Counted from the first letter of the stretch, positions 36,015-46,522 are shown. The stretch is DNA of 64,000 bases from Candidatus Latescibacterota bacterium (GCA_965203175.1 OZ241867.1:5536001-5600000), one strand, 5' to 3'. The notes: generated from the letters alone by a model not told the origin. Program-made: numbers and translations.

Positions 36015-37694
36015 CTAAACCACCGACTCCCGCAAGTACAAGTCCCTGAGGACCATCTGCACGGCACCGTTGCCAGTATAGGTGTCTGCCTCCAGCTCGA
36101 AAGCCGCGTTCAGCCGGTCGCCCGGCCGCACCTGGTCCGCGAGGTCTTTTTGGTTCCACCACAGCGCGGCACAGCGGCGACCACCCACCTCCAATTCGGC
36201 CTTGAAGTGGCGGCCGTCAGTGCCTATTTGCCGCGACCAGACGACCCGACAGTCCTCGAGGGCAAAAACCGGACGCCGGTGTCCATTGCCAAAAGGCTCT
36301 AGCGCGGCGAGTCGCTCCACCGTGTCTAGCGTCAAATCGGCCGGTTTGAGCATCAGGTCGATGTCCAAGACGGGTTGTAGCACCTCGGCGCTAATGTGGG
36401 CGTTGGCGTGGTCGATCAGTGCGAGGCGGAAGCCCTCAAAAGCGTCAACTGCGAGCGAAAAACCAGCGGCTGCCGGATGGCCGCCATGCGTCTGCAAGTG
36501 CTCTTCGCAGGCGTGGATCCCTTCGCTGATGTCGTAGCCTGGGATGCTGCGAGCTGAGCCTACGCAGAGGCCGCGGTCGCTGCCTTGGGTGCACACGACT
36601 GCGGGGCGGGCGTATTTTTCGCACAACTTGCTGGCCAACAGGCCGATTATTCCCGCGTTCCACTTCCCCAACTCCACGATGATTTGGTCCTCCACGTCTT
36701 CCTCCGGGCCGATCCGTTCTTCAACCTCCTGTATGCCCTCGCGCTGTTTCTCCTGCCGCTGGGAATTGAGCTTGTTGAGTTCGTCGGCCAACTGCACGGC
36801 CTCGCCCTCGTTTGCGGAGCGCAAAAGCTGCAGCGCTATATCGGGCGTCTTCAAGCGACCGGCGACATTGATCCGTGGCCCCAAGCGAAAACCCAAGCTG
36901 GCGGCATCGAGGGGCTGGTCTCGGTAGCTGGCCACCTTCTTGAGTGCGCACAGCCCGAGGCGCTTGGTGCGCTGAAGAATCTGCAGGCCGCGCTGGATAA
37001 ACAGGCGATTCTCCCCCAGCACGGGCACGACATCAGCCACTGTCCCCAAGGCTACAAGATCGAGCAATTCGTTGAGATAGCGGCGGCGCTCCTCGCCGGC
37101 GAGAAAGACTTCGCTGAGGGCCTGCACCAGCTTGAAGGTGACGCCAACCCCGGCCAAGTCTTTGAAAGGATACGCGCAATCGCGGCGATTGGGATTGATG
37201 ATGGCAAGGGCGCGCGGCAGTTCGGCGAGCTGCTGATGGTGATCAACTACGACGACCTCCACGCCGCGGACCTCGGCCAGCGCTAGGGCATCGTAGGCTG
37301 AAATGCCATTGTCAACCGTGACGATGACGCGCGCGCCCTTTGCTATGGCGCGCTCGACCCCGGGCGGCTTGAGGCCGTACCCGTCTTTGTGGCGATCGGG
37401 CAAGAGGCAATCGCAGTCGGCACCCACGCGCTCGAGAAAATCCATCAGCACGACGGTGCTGCAAACCCCATCGACGTCGTAGTCGCCGTACACGACGATC
37501 TTCTCGCGGGCTCGCACGGCGCGTTCTAGGCGTTCAACCGCCGCTGCCATGTCCTGCATTTGCTCGGGCGGATGCAGAGATTCAGGACCGACTTGCAGCG
37601 CGGCGCGGGTCAGGCCGCGACCGGCTAGCAAATCATCGATCAAGCTATCGTACGGGTCTTCGCGGATGACATTCCAAACCGGGTAACGGCGCAT
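36015..37694 (-). CDS. recJ: Single-stranded-DNA-specific exonuclease RecJ
   Basis: YGDYDVDG, TVDNG, DHH, LGTVADVV, GPRINVAGR, GSARS, GGHPAAAG, LEPFGNG. Confidence 0.95.
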   Translation of the reverse strand: MRRYPVWNVIREDPYDSLIDDLLAGRGLTRAALQVGPESLHPPEQMQDMAAAVERLERAVRAREKIVVYGDYDVDGVCSTVVLMDFLERVGADCDCLLPDRHKDGYGLKPPGVERAIAKGARVIVTVDNGISAYDALALAEVRGVEVVVVDHHQQLAELPRALAIINPNRRDCAYPFKDLAGVGVTFKLVQALSEVFLAGEERRRYLNELLDLVALGTVADVVPVLGENRLFIQRGLQILQRTKRLGLCALKKVASYRDQPLDAASLGFRLGPRINVAGRLKTPDIALQLLRSANEGEAVQLADELNKLNSQRQEKQREGIQEVEERIGPEEDVEDQIIVELGKWNAGIIGLLASKLCEKYARPAVVCTQGSDRGLCVGSARSIPGYDISEGIHACEEHLQTHGGHPAAAGFSLAVDAFEGFRLALIDHANAHISAEVLQPVLDIDLMLKPADLTLDTVERLAALEPFGNGHRRPVFALEDCRVVWSRQIGTDGRHFKAELEVGGRRCAALWWNQKDLADQVRPGDRLNAAFELEADTYTGNGAVQMVLRDLYLRESVV

Positions 37695-37863
37695 AATTGT
37701 CTTAGATTGTTCACATATTTGGGAATTGGTAGGACGCGGCTCAGACAATAATATCATACCCAGCAAAACCCGGTCAAGGCGAGGCTAACGAGCTTGCCTA
37801 GACGCTAGCGTTGCGTACATTTATTCGCTGTGCTTTTTGAACTTAATCACTCAGGAAAAATCT

Positions 37864-39069
37864 ATGTTCCTCTTCATAGCCCTCATCAGCATCGCCGCAT
37901 TGCCTTGCCTCACAGTCGCCGGCCCCAACGCAGACGCCGAAATTTTCGTCGGCGCAGAAGGTCCCCTCTGCGGGTTTGCAGCAAATAGCACCGTGGAGTT
38001 CAGCGTCTCGGCGCGCAACATGAGCGGCGTGCGCCAAGTCAAATTCGAGTTTAGCTGGGAGCCGGCCAACGCCATCGCCGCGATCGTGGGCACAATAGGC
38101 GAGACGGCGAAGACCAATTCCTTTATCTCCCCAGGGCCACCGCAGATAAAAGACCAGACCGCCCAATGGGGCATCGCGACCCTCGGCGGTGCAGGGATAG
38201 TGGGTGAGGGCCATCTCGCAGACATGGCATTCACCTTGACCGACTCCATCAGTCCCACCACGCCCATCGACATCTACCTCGACGTGGTGTCGCTCGGGCC
38301 TTCTTTTAATGAGCGCGACGACATCCGTCCCCAAGTCGCGTTCTTGCGCAATTACTGCGATGCCGAAGGACAGGCTTTGCCAGAGGGCATCTTCTTCCGC
38401 CCGGTCGAGCAAAATTCCTCCTTTTCTGCAACCGGCACCGGTGGGCTAGCCGATGGTAGCGCCGGCGAAGTTCTCGTGTCGGCGCGCCTTTGGCAGGCTG
38501 GTTCCCTCCACGCGGGCACGGCTTTTACCTGGGACCTTACCAACTCTGGAGCAGGCCCAGCGTACGCGTTAGTCAACGGCGAGGCCATCGCCATCCCGGC
38601 TGGTGCAACCCAGCAGGTGACGACCACCAGCGACGAGCGCGGCCTGACCTATCTACTCCTCGACGCCGAACAGGCTACCACGCTCGTCTTCAATACCTGC
38701 GCCGAAGGTTCGTGCGCAGAAAACCAAGTAGTATGGGAAGACGCTGCCACGTCCATCTCAGAGCCGTCCGGCTTTGCCCTGCCGCGCGAACCCACCCTCG
38801 CTCAGAACTATCCCAATCCCTTTAACGCCGGCACCACTATCCCCTTCGCCATCCCCGAGGGAGGACCTCGCTTTGCCCAAATCGACATCTTCAACATCAT
38901 GGGGCAAAAGGTGGCCACGCCCTTTGCAGCGAACACAGCTCCGGGACAGCACGTGGTCCACTGGGATAGCCAGTCGGCAACCGGCGTGCCAACAGCCAGC
39001 GGCCTCTATATCTACCGCCTGCGGACGGATTCGGCCGAACTGCACCGCTCCATGATTCTCTTGCGCTGA
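37864..39069 (+). CDS. Secreted protein with cohesin/Ig-like domains and C-terminal FlgD-Ig/T9SS-type-A-like domain
   Basis: Signal peptide; C-terminus LAQNYPNPFNAGTTIPF...IFNIMGQKV...WD...ASGLYIYRL...MILLR. Confidence 0.7.
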   Translation: MFLFIALISIAALPCLTVAGPNADAEIFVGAEGPLCGFAANSTVEFSVSARNMSGVRQVKFEFSWEPANAIAAIVGTIGETAKTNSFISPGPPQIKDQTAQWGIATLGGAGIVGEGHLADMAFTLTDSISPTTPIDIYLDVVSLGPSFNERDDIRPQVAFLRNYCDAEGQALPEGIFFRPVEQNSSFSATGTGGLADGSAGEVLVSARLWQAGSLHAGTAFTWDLTNSGAGPAYALVNGEAIAIPAGATQQVTTTSDERGLTYLLLDAEQATTLVFNTCAEGSCAENQVVWEDAATSISEPSGFALPREPTLAQNYPNPFNAGTTIPFAIPEGGPRFAQIDIFNIMGQKVATPFAANTAPGQHVVHWDSQSATGVPTASGLYIYRLRTDSAELHRSMILLR

Positions 39070-39072
39070 ACC

Positions 39073-40389
39073 GTGCGCCCTCCCGACCCAGCCCGCCTTG
39101 CCGCGGCGCGCCTGCTCCACGACCTAGAGCAGCAAACCCAGCCTTTCGACGAACTGCTACAAGCCCTTGACGTAAGCTTGCCGACCAACCGCGACGCGCG
39201 CTTTGCTCGTCAGCTAGTTCTCGGTGCGGTGCGATGGCAGAAGCGGCTCGATTGGATCATCGCTACCTGCTGTGCGCGCCCAGTCGTCCAACTCTCGCCC
39301 TGGGCCCGCCACATCCTGCGCCTTGGCACCTATCAACTCTTCTGGCTCGACCGCGTGCCTCAGTCCGCGGCTGTCCATACTTCGGTTGAGCTAGCCAAGC
39401 ACCTGACGCACCAAGGTATCGCCTCACTCGTCAACGCCGTGCTCCGCAATTTGCTGCGGCAACGCGCGCGGATAAGCTACCCCGACCAGCAGCAGACTCC
39501 GACGCGCTACCTAGCGGTGTATCACTCTCATCCCGAATGGCTGGTCGACCGCTGGGTCGGCCGTTGGGGCCGCGAACTCGTCGAGCATTTGCTCGCGGCC
39601 AACAACGAGCCCGCCCAACTCAATATCTACCTCAATCCACTGCGCGCCGGCCGCGAAACCGTCACCGAACTCGATCTAGTTCCGGTCGGGTCGAGACCGG
39701 GCTTTTATAAAGCGGCAAATGGCGCGGATCTCTTTGCCTCGCGAGCATACCAGCAAGGACAATTTCAAGTCCAAGACCCCAACGCCGGCTTGGCCGTGGC
39801 CCTGCTCGACCCGCAGCCGGGCGAATGCCTACTCGACTTGTGCAGCGCACCCGGCGGCAAGGCCGTGCAAGCCGCCATTGCCATGGCCGACCGCGGCTGG
39901 ATCGTAGCGGCCGACATTTCGCTGCCGCGGCTCAATCGAGTGCGCGAAAACGCCCAACGCCTGCGCCTGCGCGCCATCCGTCCAGTGGTCCGCGACGGCA
40001 CAACACCCGGGTGCGGTGCCTTTGACCGCGTCCTCGCCGATGTTCCCTGCAGTGCCACCGGCGTATTGGGACGGCGACCAGATGCTCGCTGGCGTCGCAA
40101 TCCAGCCGAATTTGCCGCCTTGACGAAGCGCCAACAGGTGCTCATCCAACGCGCGTACGAGCACGTGCGGCCCGGCGGCGTCTTGGTGTATAGCACCTGT
40201 AGCTTGGAAGAAGAGGAAAACGAAGCCATTGTCGAGCGCTTCTTAAAGCAGACTCCGACCGCTCAGCTAGAGCGCGCCGATGCCCACTTCCCTACCCAAC
40301 CTTGGGCCGGCCGCTACGTACTAACCATACCGGGCCAACACGCCGGCGACGGTAGTTTTGCCGCGCGCATCCGCAAGGCCGCATCGTGA
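39073..40389 (+). CDS. rsmB: 16S rRNA m5C967 methyltransferase RsmB/Sun
   Basis: NusB-like N-terminus; DLCSAPGGK; DVPCSATG; YSTCS. Confidence 0.93.
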   Translation: MRPPDPARLAAARLLHDLEQQTQPFDELLQALDVSLPTNRDARFARQLVLGAVRWQKRLDWIIATCCARPVVQLSPWARHILRLGTYQLFWLDRVPQSAAVHTSVELAKHLTHQGIASLVNAVLRNLLRQRARISYPDQQQTPTRYLAVYHSHPEWLVDRWVGRWGRELVEHLLAANNEPAQLNIYLNPLRAGRETVTELDLVPVGSRPGFYKAANGADLFASRAYQQGQFQVQDPNAGLAVALLDPQPGECLLDLCSAPGGKAVQAAIAMADRGWIVAADISLPRLNRVRENAQRLRLRAIRPVVRDGTTPGCGAFDRVLADVPCSATGVLGRRPDARWRRNPAEFAALTKRQQVLIQRAYEHVRPGGVLVYSTCSLEEEENEAIVERFLKQTPTAQLERADAHFPTQPWAGRYVLTIPGQHAGDGSFAARIRKAAS

Positions 40390-41159
40390 AAAGCTTCCTC
40401 CGCCAATTGGTCTTGCTCGCGGCGGGCGCATGCCTCGCTGGCATCATCGCCCTCGTTCTGATCGACAAGATCGTCATGCCGCACCTAGTCGACACGCCCA
40501 GCGTCCAAGTCCCCGATCTTAAGGGCCTTTCTGCGCCCGAAGCATCCGCCCGCCTCGCTGAAGCAGGACTGAAGATGACCATCGGCGATTCGCTACACCA
40601 CGAAACCGTCCCCGCCGACGCGGTCGTCGATCAAGACCCCAGTGTTGGGCAATTGGTCAAAGAAGGGCGGCGCGTCGTCTTGACCGTGAGCAAGGGGCCG
40701 CGCTATTACGCGGCCCCCGACGTGCGCCGCGTCAGTCTGCGCGAGGCGCGTTTGCAGCTAGAGGGGAACCAGCTCAAAGTTGGCCAAATTCTCTACCGCT
40801 CCTCAGATGCCCTCCCCGAGGGCGCTATCGTCGAGCAGTCACCCCCTCCCGGCGCTCAACTCGCCTTGGGCAGTTCGGTTGACCTCTGGATCAGCAACGG
40901 CTCACCCGCAGCCCTCAAGCGCGTCCCGAATCTAATAGGCCTGTCTATCGGAGTTGTGGAGGATACCTTGCGCAAGTACGAAATGCGCATTGGCCATATT
41001 GCCAAGCGCATCGACGGGCAAAAACGCGTCGGCACAGTCCTGACGCAATCGCCGCCGAGCGGGCAGCGCATCTCGCGCCACAGCCGCATCGACCTCGTCG
41101 TCAGTGCCGCAGCACCGCCCCCGGAGCCGGACGCCTTCGACAACTGGGAGGAACCATGA
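40386..41159 (+). CDS. PASTA-domain protein (3 PASTA repeats, single TM, no kinase)
   Basis: VPDLKG, APDVR and VPNLIG repeats with V..Q.P..G motifs. Confidence 0.88.
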   Translation: MKSFLRQLVLLAAGACLAGIIALVLIDKIVMPHLVDTPSVQVPDLKGLSAPEASARLAEAGLKMTIGDSLHHETVPADAVVDQDPSVGQLVKEGRRVVLTVSKGPRYYAAPDVRRVSLREARLQLEGNQLKVGQILYRSSDALPEGAIVEQSPPPGAQLALGSSVDLWISNGSPAALKRVPNLIGLSIGVVEDTLRKYEMRIGHIAKRIDGQKRVGTVLTQSPPSGQRISRHSRIDLVVSAAAPPPEPDAFDNWEEP

Positions 41160-41803
41160 ACGCCACGCGCATCGGCCCTTCTCTCTTGGCCGCCGACTTC
41201 GCCCGCCTAGCCGAGGACATCGACCGCATCGAGCGCGGAGGAGCTGATTTTCTCCATCTCGATGTAATGGACGGGCACTTCGTCCCCAACATCAGCTTTG
41301 GCCTGCCAGTCGTCGCGGCCGTGCGCCAAACTACCCGCCTCGAACTCAACACGCACCTGATGCTGCAAGACCCCTTGCCCTTTATCGGTCCCTTCAAAAA
41401 GGCGGGTGCCGACTCGCTCGTCGTCCACGTGGAACTCGAATCCGCCCAAGCCGTACTCGACGCCATTCGCCAGCACGGTCTCCAGTGCGGCCTCGCGGTC
41501 AATCCAAACACGCCCGTCTCCGCTCTCTATCCCTATCTCGACGAGCTCGATTCGGCCTTGGTCATGTCCGTGGAGCCGGGATTTGGCGGCCAAGCCTTCC
41601 AGCCCGCCGCCCTCGACAAAATCCGCGACCTGTGCGCTGAAATCGAGCGCCGTGGGCTAGACATACCCGTCGGCATTGACGGCGGCGTTCATCCCGGCAA
41701 CGCCGCCGACTGCCGCCGTGCCGGTGCCCAGTGCCTAGTGGCTGGCTCAGCCGTCTTCAACTCCCCTGACCCAGCCCGCGTTATCGCCGACCTGCGCGGC
41801 TGA
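41156..41803 (+). CDS. rpe: Ribulose-phosphate 3-epimerase
   Basis: PSLLAADF, HLDVMDGHFVPN, MSVEPGFGGQ, DGG. Confidence 0.96.
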   Translation: MNATRIGPSLLAADFARLAEDIDRIERGGADFLHLDVMDGHFVPNISFGLPVVAAVRQTTRLELNTHLMLQDPLPFIGPFKKAGADSLVVHVELESAQAVLDAIRQHGLQCGLAVNPNTPVSALYPYLDELDSALVMSVEPGFGGQAFQPAALDKIRDLCAEIERRGLDIPVGIDGGVHPGNAADCRRAGAQCLVAGSAVFNSPDPARVIADLRG

Positions 41804-41883
41804 CCTGCATCTGTTGCTATATCTATATATTAAATTTATATTTTAGCTTCTTTGCCGCATTCTACCACTCGACGCATCGGCCC

Positions 41884-43212
41884 ATGTTTGACCGACTCAG
41901 CGAACGCTTTGACGACCTCTTCCGCTCGCTCCGCGGACAGGGACGCATCACCGAGCGCAACATCGACGATACGCTGCGCCAGATTCGCCGCTCTCTGCTC
42001 GAAGCCGACGTCAACTTCAAGGTCGCCAAGGACTTTATTCAGCGGGTCAAAGAGCAGGCCCTCGGCCAAAACGTCCTCAAGAGCCTGACCCCGGGCCAGC
42101 AGCTAGTCAAAATCGTCCACAGCGAGCTCATCGCCCTGTTGGGGGGCAACAATAGCCCGCTCAATCTCGCCGAGCACCCTCCCACCGTCGTTATGCTCGT
42201 CGGCCTGCAGGGCTGTGGCAAGACGACTATGGCTGCCAAGCTAGCCCGTCAGTTCAAGGACAAAGGCCGACCGCCGCTGTTGATCGCCGCCGACGTGTAT
42301 CGCCCGGCCGCCGTGGATCAGCTCCAATCGCTGGGAGCCTCTATCGACGTGCCCGTTTTCAGTCAACCCGCAGGTGTCGATCCAGTCGCCATCTGCCGTC
42401 GCGGCATCGACCAAGCCCGCCAGACCCACCGCAGCATCGCGCTCATAGACACGGCGGGCCGCCTGAGTATCGATGAAGAGATGATGGACGAACTAGATCG
42501 CATCCAGCAGGCCGTCGAGCCGCACGAGATCCTCTTTGTCGCCGACAGCATGCTGGGCCAAGACGCCGTAGAAACCGCCGCCCGCTTTAACCAGCGCCTC
42601 GCGTTTACCGGCTGTGCCCTGACCAAGCTCGACAGCGACGCCCGCGGCGGAGCAGCACTGTCGGTCCGCGCCGTCACGGGCCAGCCGATCAAATTCGTCG
42701 GCACCGGCGAGAAAATCGAAGATCTAGAGTCTTTTCACCCTGACCGCATGGCCTCGCGCATCCTCGGCATGGGCGACATTGTCTCACTGGCAGAAAAGGC
42801 CGAACAAGCCATGGAGCGCGACAAGGCCAAAGAGTTAGAAGAAAAATTTCGCCGGGCCTCTTTCACTTTTGAGGATTTTCTCTCGCAGTTGCAAGCGGTG
42901 CGCCGCATGGGGCCTCTGGACCAGCTCATGGGCATGATTCCCGGAGGAGGCAAAGCCGCCAAGAACATGCAGCTCGACGACAGCGCATTCACCCAAGTCG
43001 AGGCCATCATCAACTCCATGACCCGCCAAGAGCGAGTCCAACCCAAAATTCTCAACGGCAGCCGCCGCAAGCGCATCGCTCGCGGCAGTGGCACAACAAT
43101 CCAAGAGGTGAACCAACTAGTCAAACAATTTCACATGATGCAGAAAATGATCCGACAGATGGGCCGCGCCAAAGGCGGCCGCTTGAAAATGAGAATGCCC
43201 CTCGTGGGCTAG
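41884..43212 (+). CDS. ffh: Signal recognition particle protein Ffh
   Basis: GLQGCGKTT, DTAGR, TKLDSDARGG, PDRMASRILGMGD, SRRKRIARGSG. Confidence 0.97.
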   Translation: MFDRLSERFDDLFRSLRGQGRITERNIDDTLRQIRRSLLEADVNFKVAKDFIQRVKEQALGQNVLKSLTPGQQLVKIVHSELIALLGGNNSPLNLAEHPPTVVMLVGLQGCGKTTMAAKLARQFKDKGRPPLLIAADVYRPAAVDQLQSLGASIDVPVFSQPAGVDPVAICRRGIDQARQTHRSIALIDTAGRLSIDEEMMDELDRIQQAVEPHEILFVADSMLGQDAVETAARFNQRLAFTGCALTKLDSDARGGAALSVRAVTGQPIKFVGTGEKIEDLESFHPDRMASRILGMGDIVSLAEKAEQAMERDKAKELEEKFRRASFTFEDFLSQLQAVRRMGPLDQLMGMIPGGGKAAKNMQLDDSAFTQVEAIINSMTRQERVQPKILNGSRRKRIARGSGTTIQEVNQLVKQFHMMQKMIRQMGRAKGGRLKMRMPLVG

Positions 43213-43237
43213 GCATCCTTCGCCAAGGAGAATAGCA

Positions 43238-43747
43238 TTGGTCAAACTTCGCCTTAAGAGAATAGGCAAACGCAAACAGCCTTATTACCGGATCGTCGCC
43301 GCCCACATTAGCGTCGCCCGCAACGGCCGATCCCTCGCAGAGGTGGGCTTCTACGATCCCATGCACGCCAGCGTCAAAATCGACGAAGAGCGGGCCATAG
43401 AGTGGCTCAACAAAGGTGCGCAGATGAGCGAAACCGTCGCCGACCTCTTCCACAGCCAAGGAGTATTGGCCCGCTGGAAGGGAGCAGAGGGCCGGGTGCG
43501 CGACGACGCTCTCACCGGCGACAAACCCAAGCGCCGGCGCAAGAAAGCCGCGGCTGCGCCAGTCCAACCGGCTGAACCGGTCGAGCAAGAAGCCGCTGAA
43601 TCAACCGAACCGGCTGAACAAGAAGAAGCTGCGCCAGCCGAACAGGAAGCCGCTGAATCGACTGAACCAGCCGAGCAAGAAGAAGCTGAACCGGTCGAGC
43701 AAGAAGCCGCTGAATCGGCTGAACCAGCCGAGCAAGAGAAAAAATAG
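43238..43747 (+). CDS. rpsP: 30S ribosomal protein S16 with acidic repeat C-terminal extension
   Basis: VKLRLKRIGKRKQPYYRIV...GFYDP...WL.KGAQ.SETV; position in the ffh-rpsP-rimM-trmD-rplS operon. Confidence 0.95.
   Translation: MVKLRLKRIGKRKQPYYRIVAAHISVARNGRSLAEVGFYDPMHASVKIDEERAIEWLNKGAQMSETVADLFHSQGVLARWKGAEGRVRDDALTGDKPKRRRKKAAAAPVQPAEPVEQEAAESTEPAEQEEAAPAEQEAAESTEPAEQEEAEPVEQEAAESAEPAEQEKK
43571..43741 (+). repeat. Three tandem 57-bp (19-aa) coding repeats in rpsP
   Basis: Units start at 43571, 43628 and 43685, encoding approximately AEPVEQEAAESTEPAEQEE. Confidence 0.9.
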
Positions 43748-43758
43748 AGAGATACCCC

Positions 43759-44268
43759 ATGGCCGGGCGCGTCGCCGTAGCCTATATCTCCCGTCCGTGG
43801 GGAGTGCGCGGCGAAGTTCGAGCCCAAGCCTTGACGCACCGCGTCGAGCGCTTCAGCGACCTGCGGGACGTCGTCCTCCAATGCGCGGGCCGACCCGACC
43901 GACCGCTCGAACTCAAGCGCTGGCGCGTAGATGCCAAGAGCTTGTTGCTCAAATTCGCCGGTATCGACGCGCCCGAACTAGCGCGTTCCGTTCTGGTCGG
44001 GGGCTATGTCACCATCGCCCCAGATCAGCGCGATCCCCTGCCGGAGGGCACGCACTACATCGACGACTTAGTGAATTGCGCGGTCGTCAATTCGGCAGGA
44101 GAGCCATTGGGCCACATCGTCGAGGTCTTATCCCTGCCGACTACAGACGCCTACGTGGTCCGCGGTGCCAAAGGCGAAGCCCTCGTGCCGGCCGTCGGCG
44201 ACTTTGTCGTGGAAATCGCGCCGGGTCGGGTCGTCGTGCAGGGCGTTGCAGAGTTGTTTGAGCCATGA
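43759..44268 (+). CDS. rimM: Ribosome maturation factor RimM
   Basis: PWGVRGEV, Y..DL..C.V, LGHIVEVL...TDAYVV; operon context. Confidence 0.92.
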   Translation: MAGRVAVAYISRPWGVRGEVRAQALTHRVERFSDLRDVVLQCAGRPDRPLELKRWRVDAKSLLLKFAGIDAPELARSVLVGGYVTIAPDQRDPLPEGTHYIDDLVNCAVVNSAGEPLGHIVEVLSLPTTDAYVVRGAKGEALVPAVGDFVVEIAPGRVVVQGVAELFEP

Positions 44269-45005
44269 AAATAGACATTGTAACGCTCTTCCCGGATTTT
44301 TTCGCCTCGCCGTTGGCGACTAGCATGATGGCCCGCGCCATCGCCCAGGGCCTGCTGACCGTCGAGACCCACGACCCGCGCGATTGTGCGACCGACAAAC
44401 ACCGCACCGTGGACGATGCGCCGTACGGCGGCGGCGGCGGCATGGTCCTCAAGCCCGAGCCTGTGTACCAGCTCTGGCAGGAGCGGGGTCTAGCAGCCGG
44501 CCGCTGCATTTACCTGACGGCCGACGGCCAGCCGCTCAACCAAGCGCTAGCAGTCGAGTTGGCGCTCGAGGAGCGGTTGGTGCTGTTGTGCGGGCATTAC
44601 AAAGGAGTAGATGAACGCATACGCACCGGGCTTATCGACCGTGAAATTTCAATCGGCGACTACGTGCTCACCGGCGGCGAGCCAGCCGCCCTCGTCCTCA
44701 TCGACGCGGTGGCCCGGCTCATACCCAATGTGTTGGGCAACTTTTCTTCGGCCTTGGACGACTCATTCCAAGAGGCCGTACTCGATTGCCCTTGGTACAC
44801 TCGGCCGATTGAATTCCGCGGCCAACGCGTCCCCGATGCGCTGCTTTCTGGGGATCACGAGCGCATAGAGCACTGGCGGCGACGCCAAGCCCTGCGGCGC
44901 ACGTTTGCGCGTCGGCCCGACTTGCTGCAACAGATCGAACTCGACGAAGAAGAACAACAGCTCATCGCCACTTGGCGGAAGCAAGGGCTGGAAGAAGCCC
45001 CGTAA
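44265..45005 (+). CDS. trmD: tRNA (guanine-N1)-methyltransferase TrmD
   Basis: [41 protein letters not shown]. Confidence 0.97.
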   Translation: MKIDIVTLFPDFFASPLATSMMARAIAQGLLTVETHDPRDCATDKHRTVDDAPYGGGGGMVLKPEPVYQLWQERGLAAGRCIYLTADGQPLNQALAVELALEERLVLLCGHYKGVDERIRTGLIDREISIGDYVLTGGEPAALVLIDAVARLIPNVLGNFSSALDDSFQEAVLDCPWYTRPIEFRGQRVPDALLSGDHERIEHWRRRQALRRTFARRPDLLQQIELDEEEQQLIATWRKQGLEEAP

Positions 45006-45021
45006 CAAACAAGGTGATACA

Positions 45022-45375
45022 ATGGACGCAAGTATTCTGCGCGAACTAACCTCGGACCTACTCAAAACCGATCTTCCCGAATTCGGCGCTGGCGACACCG
45101 TGCGCATCCACGTGCGAGTCATCGAGGGCGACAAGGAGCGCACCCAGATCTTTGAAGGGACTGTCATCCAGCGCAGAGGCAGCGGCATCCAAGAGACTTT
45201 TACCGTGCGCAAAATCTCTCAGGGCATTGCCATCGAGCGCATCTTTCCCATGCACTCGCCGCGCATCGCCAAGATCGAGCGCCTGCGCGAGGGCCGGGTG
45301 CGCCGCGCCCGCCTGTTTTACCTGCGCGGTCGCAAAGGCCGCGCCGCCCGCATCCGCGAAAAGCAGGCGCGGTAA
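45022..45375 (+). CDS. rplS: 50S ribosomal protein L19
   Basis: PEFGAGDTV...[12 protein letters not shown]...TFTVRKIS...[12 protein letters not shown]. Confidence 0.97.
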   Translation: MDASILRELTSDLLKTDLPEFGAGDTVRIHVRVIEGDKERTQIFEGTVIQRRGSGIQETFTVRKISQGIAIERIFPMHSPRIAKIERLREGRVRRARLFYLRGRKGRAARIREKQAR

Positions 45376-45389
45376 GCGGAGGCCACGCC

Positions 45390-45623
45390 ATGGCCCAACG
45401 CGGAGACTTGCCTTTTACGCGCAAAAACTGGTCTTTGGCCATAGCCGGCCTAGCCGCGATCGTACTCGGCTATGTGTTTTTGCGCATCCCGCCGGCCGAG
45501 GGTTTCCTCTCCCTCACCCTAGCACCGGTACTCTTAGTGGTCGGCTACTGCGTGCTAATTCCCATGGCAATCTTGGTCCGGGACCAGTCAGCAGACCAGG
45601 AAGACGAGGCTGAACAGACATGA
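45390..45623 (+). CDS. Small membrane protein (DUF3098-like)
   Basis: LPFTRKN...I.LGY...SLTLAPVLLVVGY; two TM segments; RBS GGAGG. Confidence 0.7.
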   Translation: MAQRGDLPFTRKNWSLAIAGLAAIVLGYVFLRIPPAEGFLSLTLAPVLLVVGYCVLIPMAILVRDQSADQEDEAEQT

Positions 45624-46468
45624 CCAGCGCCCAACCCATCATCGACGACGGCGTCCACACCGACTACGCCCCGGATCTCTATCGCCACGACACCGAGGCT
45701 CAGCAGGTCGCCCGCTTCGCCGACATTGGCCCCGAGCAGCTAGCCTTCTTTCACCAGCAGGGCTACCTCGTAATAGCAGAGGCGTTTTCTCCCGCCCAAG
45801 TCGCCGACGCTGCCGACGCAGTGTACGACCTAATTGACGGCAAGCAGCCCGAATTTCGCGGCGTCCAACTGGAAACCTCCGCGCAAGGCCAAAAGCTGAC
45901 GGGCGCGGCGCGGCGTAAGGCCGTGCGCAAGCTTATGAAGTTCGTCGATTGGGACGAGCGCTTCCAACCCCTAGCCACCGACCCGGATCTCTTGGACATC
46001 CTCGCCCGCCTGATGGACGACACGCCCGTTCTATTCCAGGAGATGGCCCTACTCAAGCCGCCTAGGGGCCGGGAAAAGCCCTGGCATCAAGACTGCGCGT
46101 ACTTCAACTATCCTCTGGGCACTACCATTATCGGCGTCTGGATCGCCTTAGACCACGCCGACGCGAATAACGGCTGCCTGCACATCCTGCCCGGCACGCA
46201 TCGCGAGGGCCCAGTCAATCACTTCAAACGCCGCGATTGGCAGATCTGCGACACCGATGTCCAAGCCGAGCGCGACGTCGTCGTGCCCCTCGCCCCTGGC
46301 GGTTGCCTGCTCTGGCACGGCATGACCCACCACGGCAGCCCGACCAACCCCTCGCAAAAAATGCGCCGCGCCCTGCAACTGCACTACCGACCCGCCAACG
46401 CCGGCCAGATCGACACCGACGAGCGCATGCAGCACTTCGGCGGCGAAGTGCGCGGTGCCGAGTGCTGA
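45620..46468 (+). CDS. PhyH family dioxygenase
   Basis: KPWHQD, WIALD....NGCL..LPGTH, HG.T.HGS. Confidence 0.9.
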   Translation: MTSAQPIIDDGVHTDYAPDLYRHDTEAQQVARFADIGPEQLAFFHQQGYLVIAEAFSPAQVADAADAVYDLIDGKQPEFRGVQLETSAQGQKLTGAARRKAVRKLMKFVDWDERFQPLATDPDLLDILARLMDDTPVLFQEMALLKPPRGREKPWHQDCAYFNYPLGTTIIGVWIALDHADANNGCLHILPGTHREGPVNHFKRRDWQICDTDVQAERDVVVPLAPGGCLLWHGMTHHGSPTNPSQKMRRALQLHYRPANAGQIDTDERMQHFGGEVRGAEC

Positions 46469-46522
46469 ACGCTACTTCGATCTGACCTTCATACCCAGCA
46501 ACGTTTGAGGAGGGCTAATCCG

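Noticed and set aside
43571-43741. rpsP repeats as a CRISPR-like array
   Set aside because: They are in-frame coding tandem repeats without unique spacers.
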